Below are positions 35,744 to 47,694 of a DNA stretch of 64,000 bases, piece after piece (position 1 is the stretch's first letter; the number at the start of each line of letters is the position of its first letter). The DNA is from Oopsacas minuta (taxonomy: Eukaryota > Animalia > Porifera): contig JAKMXF010000044.1 in the NCBI GenBank assembly GCA_024704765.1, positions 806,001 to 870,000 on the forward strand, written 5' to 3'. The position numbers and the translations under genes are program-made. The notes beneath the pieces were generated by a model. It ran no database searches. It was not told the DNA's origin and worked only from the letters and a program-made list of their open reading frames with translations.

Positions 35744-37597
35744 ATTCAGAATAACGTGAATTTCAAAATTTCCGAATCTTGTAATTGTGACATCCAATTA
35801 GATTGCAGTTGTGTATTTCATAAAATGTGGAAGAGAAATGTTTCAATACGGCTAATGAATTAATTATACCACACTGTCATACAAACGACATAAGCAAAGA
35901 CTCGAGAAAACTATAAAATATGCTACACGCTATGGTTACACTTGGGTAAACAATCTAATTCTTATCCAATTATAATAAAATTATTATTAAATGTCAGAGC
36001 TGGAGAGACTGCAATTGTTGCTTCAGGAGGATGGAAGAATACTCGCTGATGCAAACTCTCTATAGACCACACTCATCATCATTATTTCCACTTCGCATTT
36101 GCAATGATATGTACATGTATTGCATAAGAACCCAGTTATATGCCTCATGATTCGCCTTCAACCAACATAATTCACAAGGTCCATTTTTGCACATACGGAT
36201 GCTCTTCCAAATATTTCGCCTTTGATTTTTAATTCTTGTTGTTTGCATTCGAGAATAAAGCTTCAGTCAAGTCTTCAATGTATTCGATATGGTTTCCCAT
36301 CAGTCTTTTGAGAACATATTAATAGTAATTACTAGTGGCAACCCTAATTACACAGGGTTACCAATCCAATCCAATCCAATCCAATCCAATCCAATCCAAT
36401 CCAATCCAATCCAATCCAATCCAATCCAATCCAATCCAATCTAATCTAATCGATTCAAATTGTGGCAATCGATATCGATAACGATATGGATTGCCAATCC
36501 AATCGATGATAATCATCGAATAACTATCGATTTTCTATCGACACTACTAAGTATATTATTCTTATCAAAAATCCAATCGATAATCTAATCGATACAACGA
36601 TACAACAATTGAAAATCGACAAGTTTTCTAGACTATATTGGATTGGCAACCCAGCCTGAATGAATGTAGGAAGCACTACAGGATGGGTCTTGTTTGCTTT
36701 GTTAGTAAACTATGTATTTTTGTAAACTCATTTTCTCAACATTCTATAGGTAATTCGAAATTATTTACTAACAAAGCGAATCAATGATCGATCTAAGAGC
36801 AGAATCCAAATCGATGATGATCTGAGACAGACCGTCCAAATTTAGTGGAGAGACGTCTTTGGCCGAAAATTAGATTGTTGTACGTTCTTGTATTATAGTT
36901 GTGTAAATTCTGTAAAATTACATGTGTTGTGATTATTGAATCTATTAAATGAATTGTATAGAGACATATTATCTTTACAGGGCTGTAAATAAAATATAAT
37001 AGAATATTTCAAAAAGATTTGATTTGATTTGAGAATGATTAAAAATTGGACAAAAACTGTTGGATAAACAAGCAAGCAAACAGTGTCTGGCGGTTTCCAA
37101 CCTGGGGTCCCTTGGTGATCCACAGGCAAGAGTAAAGGGTCCACAACAGTGATGTCTTGGGGGCACGATCCCTTATTAGCAAGGCCACTTCCCTTTTTAG
37201 CAAAGTACCACTGGTGCACAGGGTCACAAAACTTATGTTGAAGTCGTTGGGTACACAGAATGTGTTATAATTGGTATATGGGGACTATGAGTAAGAAAGG
37301 TAGTTGTATTTTTAAAATGTAATAATCAGAATATTTTGAAGCAAATTTTATTATATATTTTATTATATATTTTTCAATACGTATTTCTAGTATTTGATTT
37401 GATTTGATTGGAGGAAATAGAAATGACAAGAGGGCCTACATTTGTCTGACTCCTTATTTTGGTATTTTCCAGAATGGCAACATAGAGGATAACTAGTCGG
37501 ACAAATGCCAAATAATTTAAATGATTTTACGGTTTAGTATATAGAATTTAAAATTATTTAATTGTAGCCCTGATTATGTAAACCGACTATAAGCACT
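35744..37597 (-). repeat. Right arm of the 1854-bp inverted repeat
   Basis: Same length as the left arm, including the same 16 copies of CCAAT at 36361-36440. Confidence 0.97.
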
Positions 37598-37609
37598 TGT
37601 GTAAATACT

Positions 37610-37756
37610 GTCAGCGATCATGGTAATCCGAGAACTTGTAACAAAAAATAAACAAACTAACAATCGTATAATAACAAGTTAAGCAAGTTGTTTTCTTAGA
37701 GATTGATCATCTCAGCTATTTTCAATTATAATTATTTCGCATTCATCAACATTGAA
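37610..37756 (+). pseudogene. 147-bp inverted copy of an internal part of the MFS CDS (30664-30810)
   Basis: Ungapped hand alignment, about 9 mismatches in 147 (about 94%); encodes ISAIFNYNYFAFINIE as in the MFS protein. Confidence 0.9.
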
Positions 37757-38183
37757 AACGTACATTGTTGTATATGTGTGTGTATGAAATTTCAGGTATC
37801 AAATTCACATATGAATTTTATTTCTCTCGCATACATATCCAATCATTATCACCAGCGGATGAACTCATTCTGGCATGCGAATAGTCACTTTCATGCGGAT
37901 AGTAACTTGTTCGCATGCGAATAGTCGTTTTCAAAGAACTCAGCAAAGTACGTACACTCGAACCTCTCTTATCTGTGCAGGCTGGAGGGTTCCTTGTATT
38001 CAGAATTTGTCCGGATATCAGAAATATCATTAACTCTATTGGAGATCCAATTATTGCATATAGAATAAATATCGATGTGCATTTGAATTGATGAATTTCG
38101 ATATTTTTTTGGGCGTCCAACGATTTCAACGAAAGTCAAGGAAGGGGAAATTGAGCTCCGTCTAGGAATTAAGTCACTAAGGC

Positions 38184-39239
38184 TTGCACTTTGCAGGTAT
38201 ACGAGGACTCAAATTTCTAAATACTCATAAGACCTGTTATGCCATAGACTATGGTCAGACTCTTATGGACAAAAGAATTGAAGAGTTGGAGAGAAAGCTC
38301 GAGACAGCTCGTCTTACCTATATAAATGTGGAATTGGAATGGGATGAGTTGCTGGAGAAGAAGCTGAGGAAAACTGGACGAGTACGATTTAACCCCTGGA
38401 AGAGCAAGACACCAGACTACAAGATGATATCACAACCTGTACAGGTGTCTGGGAGTCATAGTTTAAAGGTCAGATCAGCTGGTCTGTTTGGTCATCCTTG
38501 TGGTATAGCTATAGATCCTATGACTAATGATATCTACATATGTGATTCTGGATGGAATAGAGTTCAGGTATTTACTAGTTCTTATAAGTTTCTCTTCTTA
38601 TCCAATCACAAGATGAATGGTCCAGCTGCTATATGTATATGCCAAGACAAAGTGCATGTAGCACAGTTTCGTAGCTGTTATATTAACGTATATTCTACGA
38701 GAGGGGAGTTACTGAATTCAGTTGGGGGTAAAGGGAATAAAGAATTAGAATTTGCCTACCCATTAGGTATCGATGTCTCTATTGATTAGAATAGCATTTA
38801 TGTAGCGGAACGAAATAATAACAGAGTTCAATGTTTGAACTTTGAACTGTAATTTACTTCTTTCATTTCTGATATTTATGGAGCTAGAGATGTTGAACTA
38901 ACATCAAATGAGGTTATTGTTCTGTGTTTTAGGAATCCTTGCTTAATTATTTATAATTATGCACATGAATTAATTCGCAATATGATTACTATGGGAGTAG
39001 AGAAACAAGTATTATGTTCATGTCTTCTATTAATTGATGAATCAGGTAATTTTCTTATTTCGGACTTTGAAGGTCATGGTATATGTGTGTTTTCACTTGA
39101 AGGCAAGTTAATACATAGGATAGGAAAGGAAGGACAGGAGAGAGGAGATTTTATCAAACCCAGAGGAATGTGTATAAACCATAATGGGAGGGTTCTAGTT
39201 TCATCTGAGAATCCTGAATCTGTGATACAATTCTTCTAG
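38184..39239 (+). pseudogene. Coiled-coil plus NHL-repeat beta-propeller gene broken by two in-frame stops
   Basis: One frame carries NHL motifs (FGHPCGIAID...DSGWNRVQVF, FAYPLGIDV, YVAERNNNRVQC, FIKPRGMCIN) across TAG 38787-89 and TAA 38850-52. The likely start is the MDKRIEE Met, not the track start. Confidence 0.8.
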
Positions 39240-39776
39240 CAACTATTGCATTTACTTTTTCCCTTATAGTTATGTATTGTGACAAACCTTTATATCCTGT
39301 TATATTTATTTGATTACTAATGTGATAAATAGCTTTTCTACAGAACTTGTACATATGTATATTGTGTTTATGCTCTTTATAATATTAATTTTGCTTCTTA
39401 TCTTTATCTAGTTTTTGGTGGAGCCAGTGGCGTAGCCAGACCCCTTCGTCAGCCATAAGCTTCTGGCTGAGCCGCGAAATGTTATAATCAGTAATTTTTC
39501 AACATTTCATAAAGCATAACTACAATAACCTCAGCAGAAAAGTACCCAAATACATATTAATTATTTAATAGTTTGAAAGAGGGAAACTAAAAACAGTTCC
39601 CTCCGATTTTCTATTATAATGACCTCTGTATAGCGGCACCTGCTCAACGCGGCCAGCAGCCACCATTTTTGGTCAAATGAAAATATCCTTTAATTAACTA
39701 GAGATATTTGAGTCAGTATGTCTTGCCACTTCCTCCAATGACTCTTTTTTTCAATGATATTTGATTAATTATTATA

Positions 39777-40248
39777 GGGTTTGTCTAACGGGCGATTTGC
39801 GTTGGGAACGATGGACACAATTAGTATAAAAATACGTAAGACCACTGTTAGTTGGAAACATGTTTCAGCTCCATCGCTCGATCTGATTTGCTACTGCACT
39901 AATATTGTAATTATTTCACCATTTACTCAATGTATTTAAACTACAAGGTGTATAAACTGGCTAGAGTACAATAGAAGTATCTTTTTCATAGCCTAGCCTA
40001 TTCCCATATCAAATTTGACTAGTAATTATAATATTGTTTATGAATGAAGTCAATGAATCAATTTTCCAGCTGATACCTCACAAATATTGAGATAATGGTA
40101 ATGAACTGCTTACCCGCATGTATGCATGTTCAGGTGGATCTAAAGAGGAGCTGAAACAAGTTTCTCAAAAACCCCAAAGTCACCTTTGCCACTAATACTA
40201 ACAAAAGTGTTCATCGTTCGGAATGATCATCGCCCGTTAGACAAACTC
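39777..40248. mobile_element. Non-autonomous TIR element, possibly Harbinger-like
   Basis: GGGTTTGTCTAACGGGCGAT...GAACGATGGACAC versus GTGTTCATCGTTC...ATCGCCCGTTAGACAAACTC; TSD unclear. Confidence 0.6.
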
Positions 40249-40450
40249 AATTAATTAAGAAAATTTGCACTAAGGTTGTTTGTTGAATAGAAACATTTGT
40301 ACCCAAAGATTTAAAGTCATCATAGCAAGAAATTAGTGTTTATCTCCAAATTTAGCACTAAATTAATTTTTCAAGAAAATTTATAGTAAAATTCCCCCAC
40401 TACTTATTGAGGTAATTTCAATGGTGTGAGGCATACTTTATCTCTTAAGT

Positions 40451-42304
40451 ATGCCCCACTCTCCGCTTAAAGAGGTTCCCCATTTATATCATATATTTTT
40501 AGAAACCCCACTTATAGAGGTTGCACTGTATTTGTTATTAAAAGAGGTTGATAAGATTGTTATTTCTTGTAGTATGCACAAATTATTACTCATATTATCA
40601 CTGTTGGCTCTCTCTGTTGGTATTTTCCCTGAACGATGGATGAATATTTTACACACTTGTACTTCTTATCTTGTGAAGAATCAATTTGTCTCTGATGAGC
40701 GTGTTACAAATATTCAATCTCATCTCTTTCTTCCTGATTACTTTTCCTCTCCTCTCCCTGTTTGGAGAGTTGCCCTCATTTCTAGCATCCTAACATTCCT
40801 TATTTACCGTGTTCACATCTTTGTTGTTGATCATCGGCTTCCATGTCATCAAAGAGCATTACAGTATATATTTGATACTGTCAGAAGGTTTCCTATAATA
40901 AAGACGATGATAGCAAAAGAGATAAGCAAGGTAACCGTTATGCTAAATGACTCATTCAAGCCAATGGAAAATTCTCCTCCAAGTAAGAGGGTACTTCCTA
41001 TAAAGGGACTAACACGAGAAGAACTCAATAAGGAGTGTAAGCTACACGCTAACATGGGAGAATGGAGATGGAAGGAGGGCCGTGTATCTGGTGCTGTCTA
41101 CGTACATGATGAAGAGCATAGAGTTATGATGGAAGATGTGTACGGTCTGTTCTATGAATCTAATCCTCTACACCCTGACGTGTTCCCAGGTGTACGTAAA
41201 ATGGAGGCGGAGATAGTATCCATGTGTCTACACTTATTCCATGGGCAGAATGGAGGTTGTGGAGCCACGACCTCGGGAGGGACTGAGAGCATCCTCATGG
41301 CTATGAAGGCTTACCGAGAGATAGGGTACTCTAGGGGCATCAAGTATCCAGAGATTGTACTCACTCACTCTTCACACTCTGCTTTCATAAAAGCCTGCTC
41401 CTACTTTGGGATGAGACCTGTACGTTTGAGCGTGGACAAGGATTACAAAAGTGATGTTAGTAGTTATAGAAAGGCTATTACAGAGAATACTGTAGTGCTT
41501 ATAGCCTCAGCTCCTGGATTCCCTCATGGTGTAATAGACCCCGTTGAAGAGATCGCTAAATTAGGTCTCAAGTACAATGTGGGTGTACATGTGGATTGCT
41601 GTCTAGGAGGTCTCTTAGTTCCTTTCGTAGAGGAAACTGGTCGCTCTATTCCCGTGGTGGACTTCAGAGTAGACGGAGTTACCTCTATTTCGTGTGACAC
41701 ACACAAATACGGATATGGTCCTAAAGGTTGTTCTGTGATTATGTATAGATCTCAACAACTGAGAAATATGCAGTATTTTGTGGATACAGATTGGGCAGGA
41801 GGCATATACGCGTCTCCTTGTATCGCTGGTAGCAGGAGTGGACTTACTCTAGCTGGTACCTGGGCTACTCTTGTGCATATTGGTAGGGAAGGTTATGTAG
41901 AGAAGACCAAAGCTATCATTGAGATAAGAGAGAATATTGAAAAATGCGTTAGAAATATTCCTGACTTATTCGTATTCGGAACTCCTCAGTTGTCAGTACT
42001 AGCTATAGGCAGTAAAACAATAGATATTTACTGTGTTTCTGATTGCTTGTCTAAGAAGGGCTGGCACCTGAACAACCTACAGTTTCCTGCAGGGTTTCAT
42101 ATCTGCTTCACTTCTATTCACATTGGCAGAGATATCCCAAAACAGTTTGTATCAGACCTGATACAAAGTATTGAAGAAGTAAAGACTAGTCATATAAAAC
42201 CGTCAGGGATAGCGGGTATATACGGGATGGCTGTTAATATCCCAGACCGGAAGTTGGTAAGAGAGATATCACATCTTTATATAGATACGTTCTTCAAAAC
42301 TTAA
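40451..42304 (+). CDS. SGPL1: Sphingosine-1-phosphate lyase, intronless; true start probably Met 40574 or 40637
   Basis: GRVSGAVY, SNPLHPDVFPGVRKMEAE, TSGGTESI, HVDCCLGG, SISCDTHKYGY (PLP lysine), WAGGIYASP, GIYGMA. Confidence 0.96.
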   Translation: MPHSPLKEVPHLYHIFLETPLIEVALYLLLKEVDKIVISCSMHKLLLILSLLALSVGIFPERWMNILHTCTSYLVKNQFVSDERVTNIQSHLFLPDYFSSPLPVWRVALISSILTFLIYRVHIFVVDHRLPCHQRALQYIFDTVRRFPIIKTMIAKEISKVTVMLNDSFKPMENSPPSKRVLPIKGLTREELNKECKLHANMGEWRWKEGRVSGAVYVHDEEHRVMMEDVYGLFYESNPLHPDVFPGVRKMEAEIVSMCLHLFHGQNGGCGATTSGGTESILMAMKAYREIGYSRGIKYPEIVLTHSSHSAFIKACSYFGMRPVRLSVDKDYKSDVSSYRKAITENTVVLIASAPGFPHGVIDPVEEIAKLGLKYNVGVHVDCCLGGLLVPFVEETGRSIPVVDFRVDGVTSISCDTHKYGYGPKGCSVIMYRSQQLRNMQYFVDTDWAGGIYASPCIAGSRSGLTLAGTWATLVHIGREGYVEKTKAIIEIRENIEKCVRNIPDLFVFGTPQLSVLAIGSKTIDIYCVSDCLSKKGWHLNNLQFPAGFHICFTSIHIGRDIPKQFVSDLIQSIEEVKTSHIKPSGIAGIYGMAVNIPDRKLVREISHLYIDTFFKT

Positions 42305-42429
42305 TCAATTTGAGGAAGTTTGTCATTTTGGGAATTAATTTTTTTATTGTTATTAGTTCGAGTTCTTTCTAAGATATTTGATCATTTTATGAAATATCGT
42401 CTTTTTCTGAAAATTGTTACGTGCATGTC

Positions 42430-42599
42430 CTGGGGCGGTCTCAGGATTTTGCACACTCGGGGCAAGGCCGGGCCAAGATTTCAAACCCGGGCAAAATCTT
42501 ATTATATAATGGGCGGTGGTGGTCTGAAGATCTGGCAGAACCGGAGCCAGTATTTCAAATCCAGGGCAAATTCCCCGTTCGCTCCTGGGACCGCCACTG
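42430..42599. mobile_element. GC-rich hAT-like MITE
   Basis: Ends CTGGGGCGGTCTCAGGA / TCCTGGGACCGCCACTG; no matching TSD seen. Confidence 0.55.
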
Positions 42600-42725
42600 G
42601 GTACTTCGATAATATTATAAACTGGCTGAAATGTAGCGCTCTTCTTAACGTACTGCAAATTTGATACACTTACGACAATTTCTAAAACAATTACCAAATT
42701 ATTTCAATGTTAGAGTTTATATAAT

Positions 42726-43100
42726 ACTACCGCGCTTCGCTTGCTCGCCCTCCGCTGCTTGCGAACACTGTGTTCATAAGCAATTAGAATCAGCGTACCC
42801 AATTACCCCTGTATAACGGTTGAAAGCCAGTTTCTAGGATTAATTAGAAATTGTTTACTTTATACACTTATAAAACAACAAATATTCACAATTCGTAGTT
42901 GAATATATCATATTCAGATTCAGCGTACTTGATTACTCCTATATGTCTGTTGAGAGCAAGTCTCTAAGTATATTTCGAGATTTCAACTATTTGTTTACTT
43001 TATATTCATAAAAACAACAACTAAATTTACATATGATTAATTCGAAGTGTGAAAATCGGAATCAGCATACTCGATTACCCCAATGTAATTGTTTACTTTT
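42726..43100 (-). mobile_element. Non-autonomous Helitron-like element with about 3 degenerate internal tandem units of roughly 140 bp
   Basis: The minus strand ends CGCAAGCAGCGGAGGGCGAGCAAGCGAAGCGCGGTAGT. The motifs TCAGCRTAC.C.ATTAC.CC and TTGTTTACTTT recur three times. Confidence 0.45.
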
Positions 43101-43234
43101 CCTATAACGTCAACAGAAGAATATCTTATTTCTTGTATTATATCGCAGATTATCTTCCCCTATTCTTATAATACACACACAATAATTGAGTTTTAATAAT
43201 ATAGATTACTAATTAGCACATACATATCAATGAA

Positions 43235-45749
43235 ATGGCAACTGGATCAGAACCCTCAAGGAAGAATAACACCCTCCACATGTGGGGAAATGAACGTACT
43301 ATGAATATAAACCATCTTATTCTCACAAATATTGTCACCTCAAATTACTTCAAAAATGATTTACAAAGGTTAAAGACTTTTCACGAAATTGTTGATGAGA
43401 TTTACAATCAGGTAACATTCCATATAGTATATCTACTCAGTGTAGTAGTGAATACAGCTTTCAGCATATGAAGTGAATCTCCTGAGTGCTGATCCGCCTC
43501 ATTTCATTACAATGCAAAACAATTCTCCCCATTTCTTGGGCATAGTAAAGGTCATTCGTACTGATACTAGTGTTGGAACAGGGAACACCCTCCTGACTAA
43601 AAGACATATACTAAATTCATCTCAATAGCATCACTTAACCATGAATTATACATAGTAAATATCAAAGTTAATATATGTAAAGTAGACTCACTTAATAGGG
43701 TCACCGGTTAATCCAATCTTTGTATACAAACAATACTGATTACTAAACCATGCAGATTGGATTAATAGCTCCGATTAATATGGTCAAAATATTACCTACC
43801 GTGGGGTCTACTGTACTTAGTACTTAACATTTAGAAATTTTCACATCCTCGTAACCTCCCCTGACGTTGGAGAGTTACGACCCCCCTATATAATCAGTTC
43901 TTCACTAATATGGATATTAACGATTTGTTAACAGGTCAGTCACTTAGAGCCGTGGGAGAAAGGTAGCAGGAAACTAGCTGGACAGACTGGGATGTGTGGT
44001 GGAGTGAGTTTTTTGATATTTATTCTGAAATACAATTATTTTCATCTGTCAAGATATTATATTTAGAAAATAGAGACTTGAAACATGCGAAGTAATTCAT
44101 ATATTTATCCCAACCTTTTAAACTCTGGTTATAATAAACATTAAGAATTGTTTAGTGTAGAATAAATATAGCCATTTAATGACGATATTATTAGAAATAT
44201 GTGAAGTGTTACATCTAACGTCTTATCGAGCTCTCCTTTAATCTGTACAGGTACGCGGTGTAGGAGCTGGAGGGATAGTATCATCTGCTTTTACTCTCCT
44301 ATACAAGCTATTCACTCTGAAATTGACAAGAAAACAACTGAATAATCTTCTCAATCATCCGGACTCTCCTTTCATACGAGGACTGGGATTTATGTATATA
44401 AGGTTGTTCCTCTATCCTATTGCTATTATTTGCATTTTAGACATCATATTATTCTATTTATTTTATTCTATTTCCTAGATACTGCCAGGAACCATCAGAC
44501 CTGTGGGGGTGGTTTAAAGACTATCTGGACGATGAAGAGGTCTGTAGAGTGAGATCTTTCAGTCAAATGTAATCTTAAACTAGCTAGTAGTACTGCTGAG
44601 TACAGCTAGTCTGTAGGATAATAATGTTATTTGTGTGACGTAATTATTAATTGTATAATAGGAGATCGATGTTAAGGCAGGAGGAGGAAGACTGATTACT
44701 ATCGGTGAGTTGTGTCAGATGATGCTTTCTAAACTAGACTGGTTTGGTACTCTCTTTCCTAGGATACCAATTCCTATTCAGGTATGTACAGCTTTTATTA
44801 GGAACCCTGATTTAAATACTCAAATTTATGACTCGAATTCTTTAAAATATTCGTTATTTGCTTCCCTTGTTTCAAATTTACCACACAGAATATCGTTCTC
44901 AAATATTCCACACAGAATATCGTTCTCAAATATTCCACACAGAATATCGTTCTCAAATATTCCACACCCGTTGTTTTGATGAACACACTGAGAATTCATT
45001 ATTTTGATATTTAATATTGTTTATATATTTTCAAAACTGAGCTCTATTGGAGCTGACCTTACTTCTCTGTATTATTAAATTATATTATAGAAAGATATCG
45101 AGAATAAACTGAGGGAATATAACTCCAATCAGTCATGCATAAGGGAGAGAGGAAATGATATAGATTGGGGAGAAGCCGGCAGATTAAGTAAACTTAGAGC
45201 TGAAAGGTAGGGGATTTGGTAAGTTGGTGTATAATTTGATAATATCCATAGTTCATGTGTGAGCCTACCACTTTAATATCATACAAATTTCTGACTAGTT
45301 CTATTATTCTTGGTATAATTATATTTATTTTAAGGATATCTTCTGATGAAGAAGAGAGGAAAGAAGGATCAAGAGAGAGAGATACTCAAAAGTACTCCTC
45401 CCGTTCTAGATCACACTCCCCCGACTACTCACGTCTCCACCCTAGATCTCGTTCCCCTAGAGACCGGAGTTTTAAACAATCAAAAGATAGATATCACAAG
45501 AGACGTCGATCATCTCCAGAGGAATCTAGCTCACGACGCTACGCTCATAAATCTCATAAACATGCTAGATCACGGAGACACCGTTCTTCCAGCTCTCCCA
45601 GACACATTAGTGAGGATAGATATAGGTCCCGATACTACGATCGTAGACACAGACAGGATAGACAACACTCTGATTCTCCAGAGAGATATCGTCATACTAG
45701 TAAGAAGGAGAGCACTAAAAAGAGATCAAAGTTAGTCCTTTACCCATAG
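43235..45749 (+). CDS. PRPF38B: Pre-mRNA splicing factor 38B, about 7 exons, RS-rich tail
   Basis: Exons: NNTLHMWGNERTMNINHLIL..., HLEPWEKGSRKLAGQTGMCGG, VRGVGAGGIVSSAF, DSPFIRGLGFMYIR, DLWGWFKDYLDDEE, LDWFGTLFPRIP, final RS exon from about 45334. Confidence 0.93.
44873..44967. repeat. Intronic 27-bp minisatellite, about 3.5 copies
   Basis: CAAATATTCCACACAGAATATCGTTCT repeated. Confidence 0.9.
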
Positions 45750-46351
45750 AGCTTAAATTTCCATATGTTTTGTTTATTGTAATATTCTCAATTAGATATT
45801 CTGGAGATGATTCCCCAATGTAGGTACACTCTTCAACTCTCATATTTGAAATCAGAGACTATTCACCCTCATTCGGGACATTAGAAATACCTTAATGCAC
45901 TATTATAGAGATAGATAAGATTATTATCGAATATAATATTGTTTCTTCAGTCTGGATACTAATTCTTAATTTGAGTTTAATCAATCTTACTTGTAGGACG
46001 TAATTAGACTCTGAGGTTATTATAGGGTAAGATTGCAAGAAATTCCAGCGTCAAGTCTAGAATATTTCACACTTAATATATTTACTTGTAAATTCTTTTT
46101 ATGCTACGTAGTCGAATACTCAGTTTTGAGAAAAGTTCGTACTAACCGAGTTCTAGTGTATTCTGAGTATTCTCCCATCTTTGCAAAGTTAATCTCGTTA
46201 CAGTCAACTTTGATCAATCGTAGAACCAGTTAACTTTCTATCCAATTTTGTATCATGAGTCATGACCACATCCAGATCGAATTGTTTATTAAAGTTTGAT
46301 CACGTTTGGTCATATTACCGGCCACAAGCTGAGAAGTCCTGATATAGTATA

Positions 46352-47694
46352 CAGGGTGTTAAACAATTGATGTCGTAATATAGAATGGACAAATAAACAT
46401 ATTCTTGCAGTGTAGTAATGTGCTCCCTACTTTCCTATATAACCGCCATTGTTAGCAATACATAATTTTATCCTATTGGCATTGAAGCTATAAGATTGGC
46501 CAAAACATCCTCCGTCACCCGAGACCATCCCAGTTTGAGATTATTTTTAAACTTTCTCCATTTGTTGCGAGGGGTATTGAATCCAGTTGACTTTGGAGTA
46601 ATGCCCACAGATTTTCTATAGGATTCAAGTCCGGTGAATTCGCAGTCCATACTTCTTTAGGCCAATAACCTTTAAGGTTCTTCAAACACCACTCTTGAGT
46701 TCTTTTAGAGGTATGAGCCGGCGCCCATCTTGTTGGAAAATGGCCTTGGATATGTTTTTCATCATTTTTCGTGTATAAATGGGTCCATTTTTTCTTTTTC
46801 TTTTAGGTGTAGGTACCAAAGCTTTCTTCAAAATTTCCTCTACATAATATTCTGTATTTACGATCTTACCGCGTGGAATAAAGTGCAATTCTGGTAAGGC
46901 TGAGCAGGACATCATATCCCACACATTTACTTTCAGAGGGTACTTCACAGTCTCTACCGGAGGTATGTTATCTCGTTTCCGAGCCCACACTCGGTGATTT
47001 TGCCGATTCGGAGTATGATAAAGTTGAAATGGTGATTCATCTGAAAATAGTATCCGTCTCCATTCTTCCACACTCCAGTTCTTCTTCTCTTTGCAGAATT
47101 TTACATGGGCTTTTTCAGAGAATCGTTAACTTTGGCTGTTTTTGTGGTTTATAAGGAGTAGCATTCAAACTTTTCAAATAATTCAATACAGTAACGTGAG
47201 AAACTGCTACTATGCCTCTCCTTCTCAAATTCTTGGTCAATATCCTCAGTTGATTTGTGAGGTTTGGATAGCGATTTAGCAATTATGATTTTCGCTGCTT
47301 TGGACAGGGAATTTTTTCGACCACGTCCAGGCTTGTTTCTCAACGATTTACTACCTCTAGAAAGTGCCCACCAACGCTGTATTGTTCATAAATTCATCTT
47401 CAGAGCATGAGAAACCTTCGTTTGAGACATGCCTGCTATAATCATACCGATAGCACGATTGCGGACATCAATAGTGTATTCGGTAACCATGGAAACACTA
47501 AAGAATGTTAGGAATTTTTATTTTCCGGTAAAGAAGAATATCAGTTAATATCAACTAGAGTACTAATTATAAATTCATGAAGCATATACAAAATGAATAT
47601 TAAGTCAGATTATTATGATTAAATCGTCTAAAATTGGGTGCTTAATTAAAGCTATAAAATATATAAATTACGTCATCAATTGCTTATCACCCTG
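46352..47694 (-). mobile_element. Decayed full-length DD37E Tc1-like transposon
   Basis: TIRs CAGGGTGTTAAACAATTGATGTCGTAAT versus CAGGGTGATAAGCAATTGATGACGTAAT (3 mismatches), TA flanks. Frameshifted transposase pieces NKPGRGRK, FSDES, FQQDG, NSPDLNPIENLW. Confidence 0.92.

Noticed and set aside
32558-37227. Short mirrored ORFs of 62-108 aa in the inverted-repeat arms
   Set aside because: No recognisable motifs; they appear twice only because of the repeat.
38787-38852. TAA/TAG reassignment (ciliate-type code) to explain the NHL stops
   Set aside because: Neighbouring conserved genes end at TAA or TAG in the expected positions, so the standard code applies.
40451-40573. N-terminal extension of SGPL1
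   Set aside because: No family-like sequence, and an acceptor-like TTTCTTGTAG precedes Met 40574; probably just an open upstream frame.
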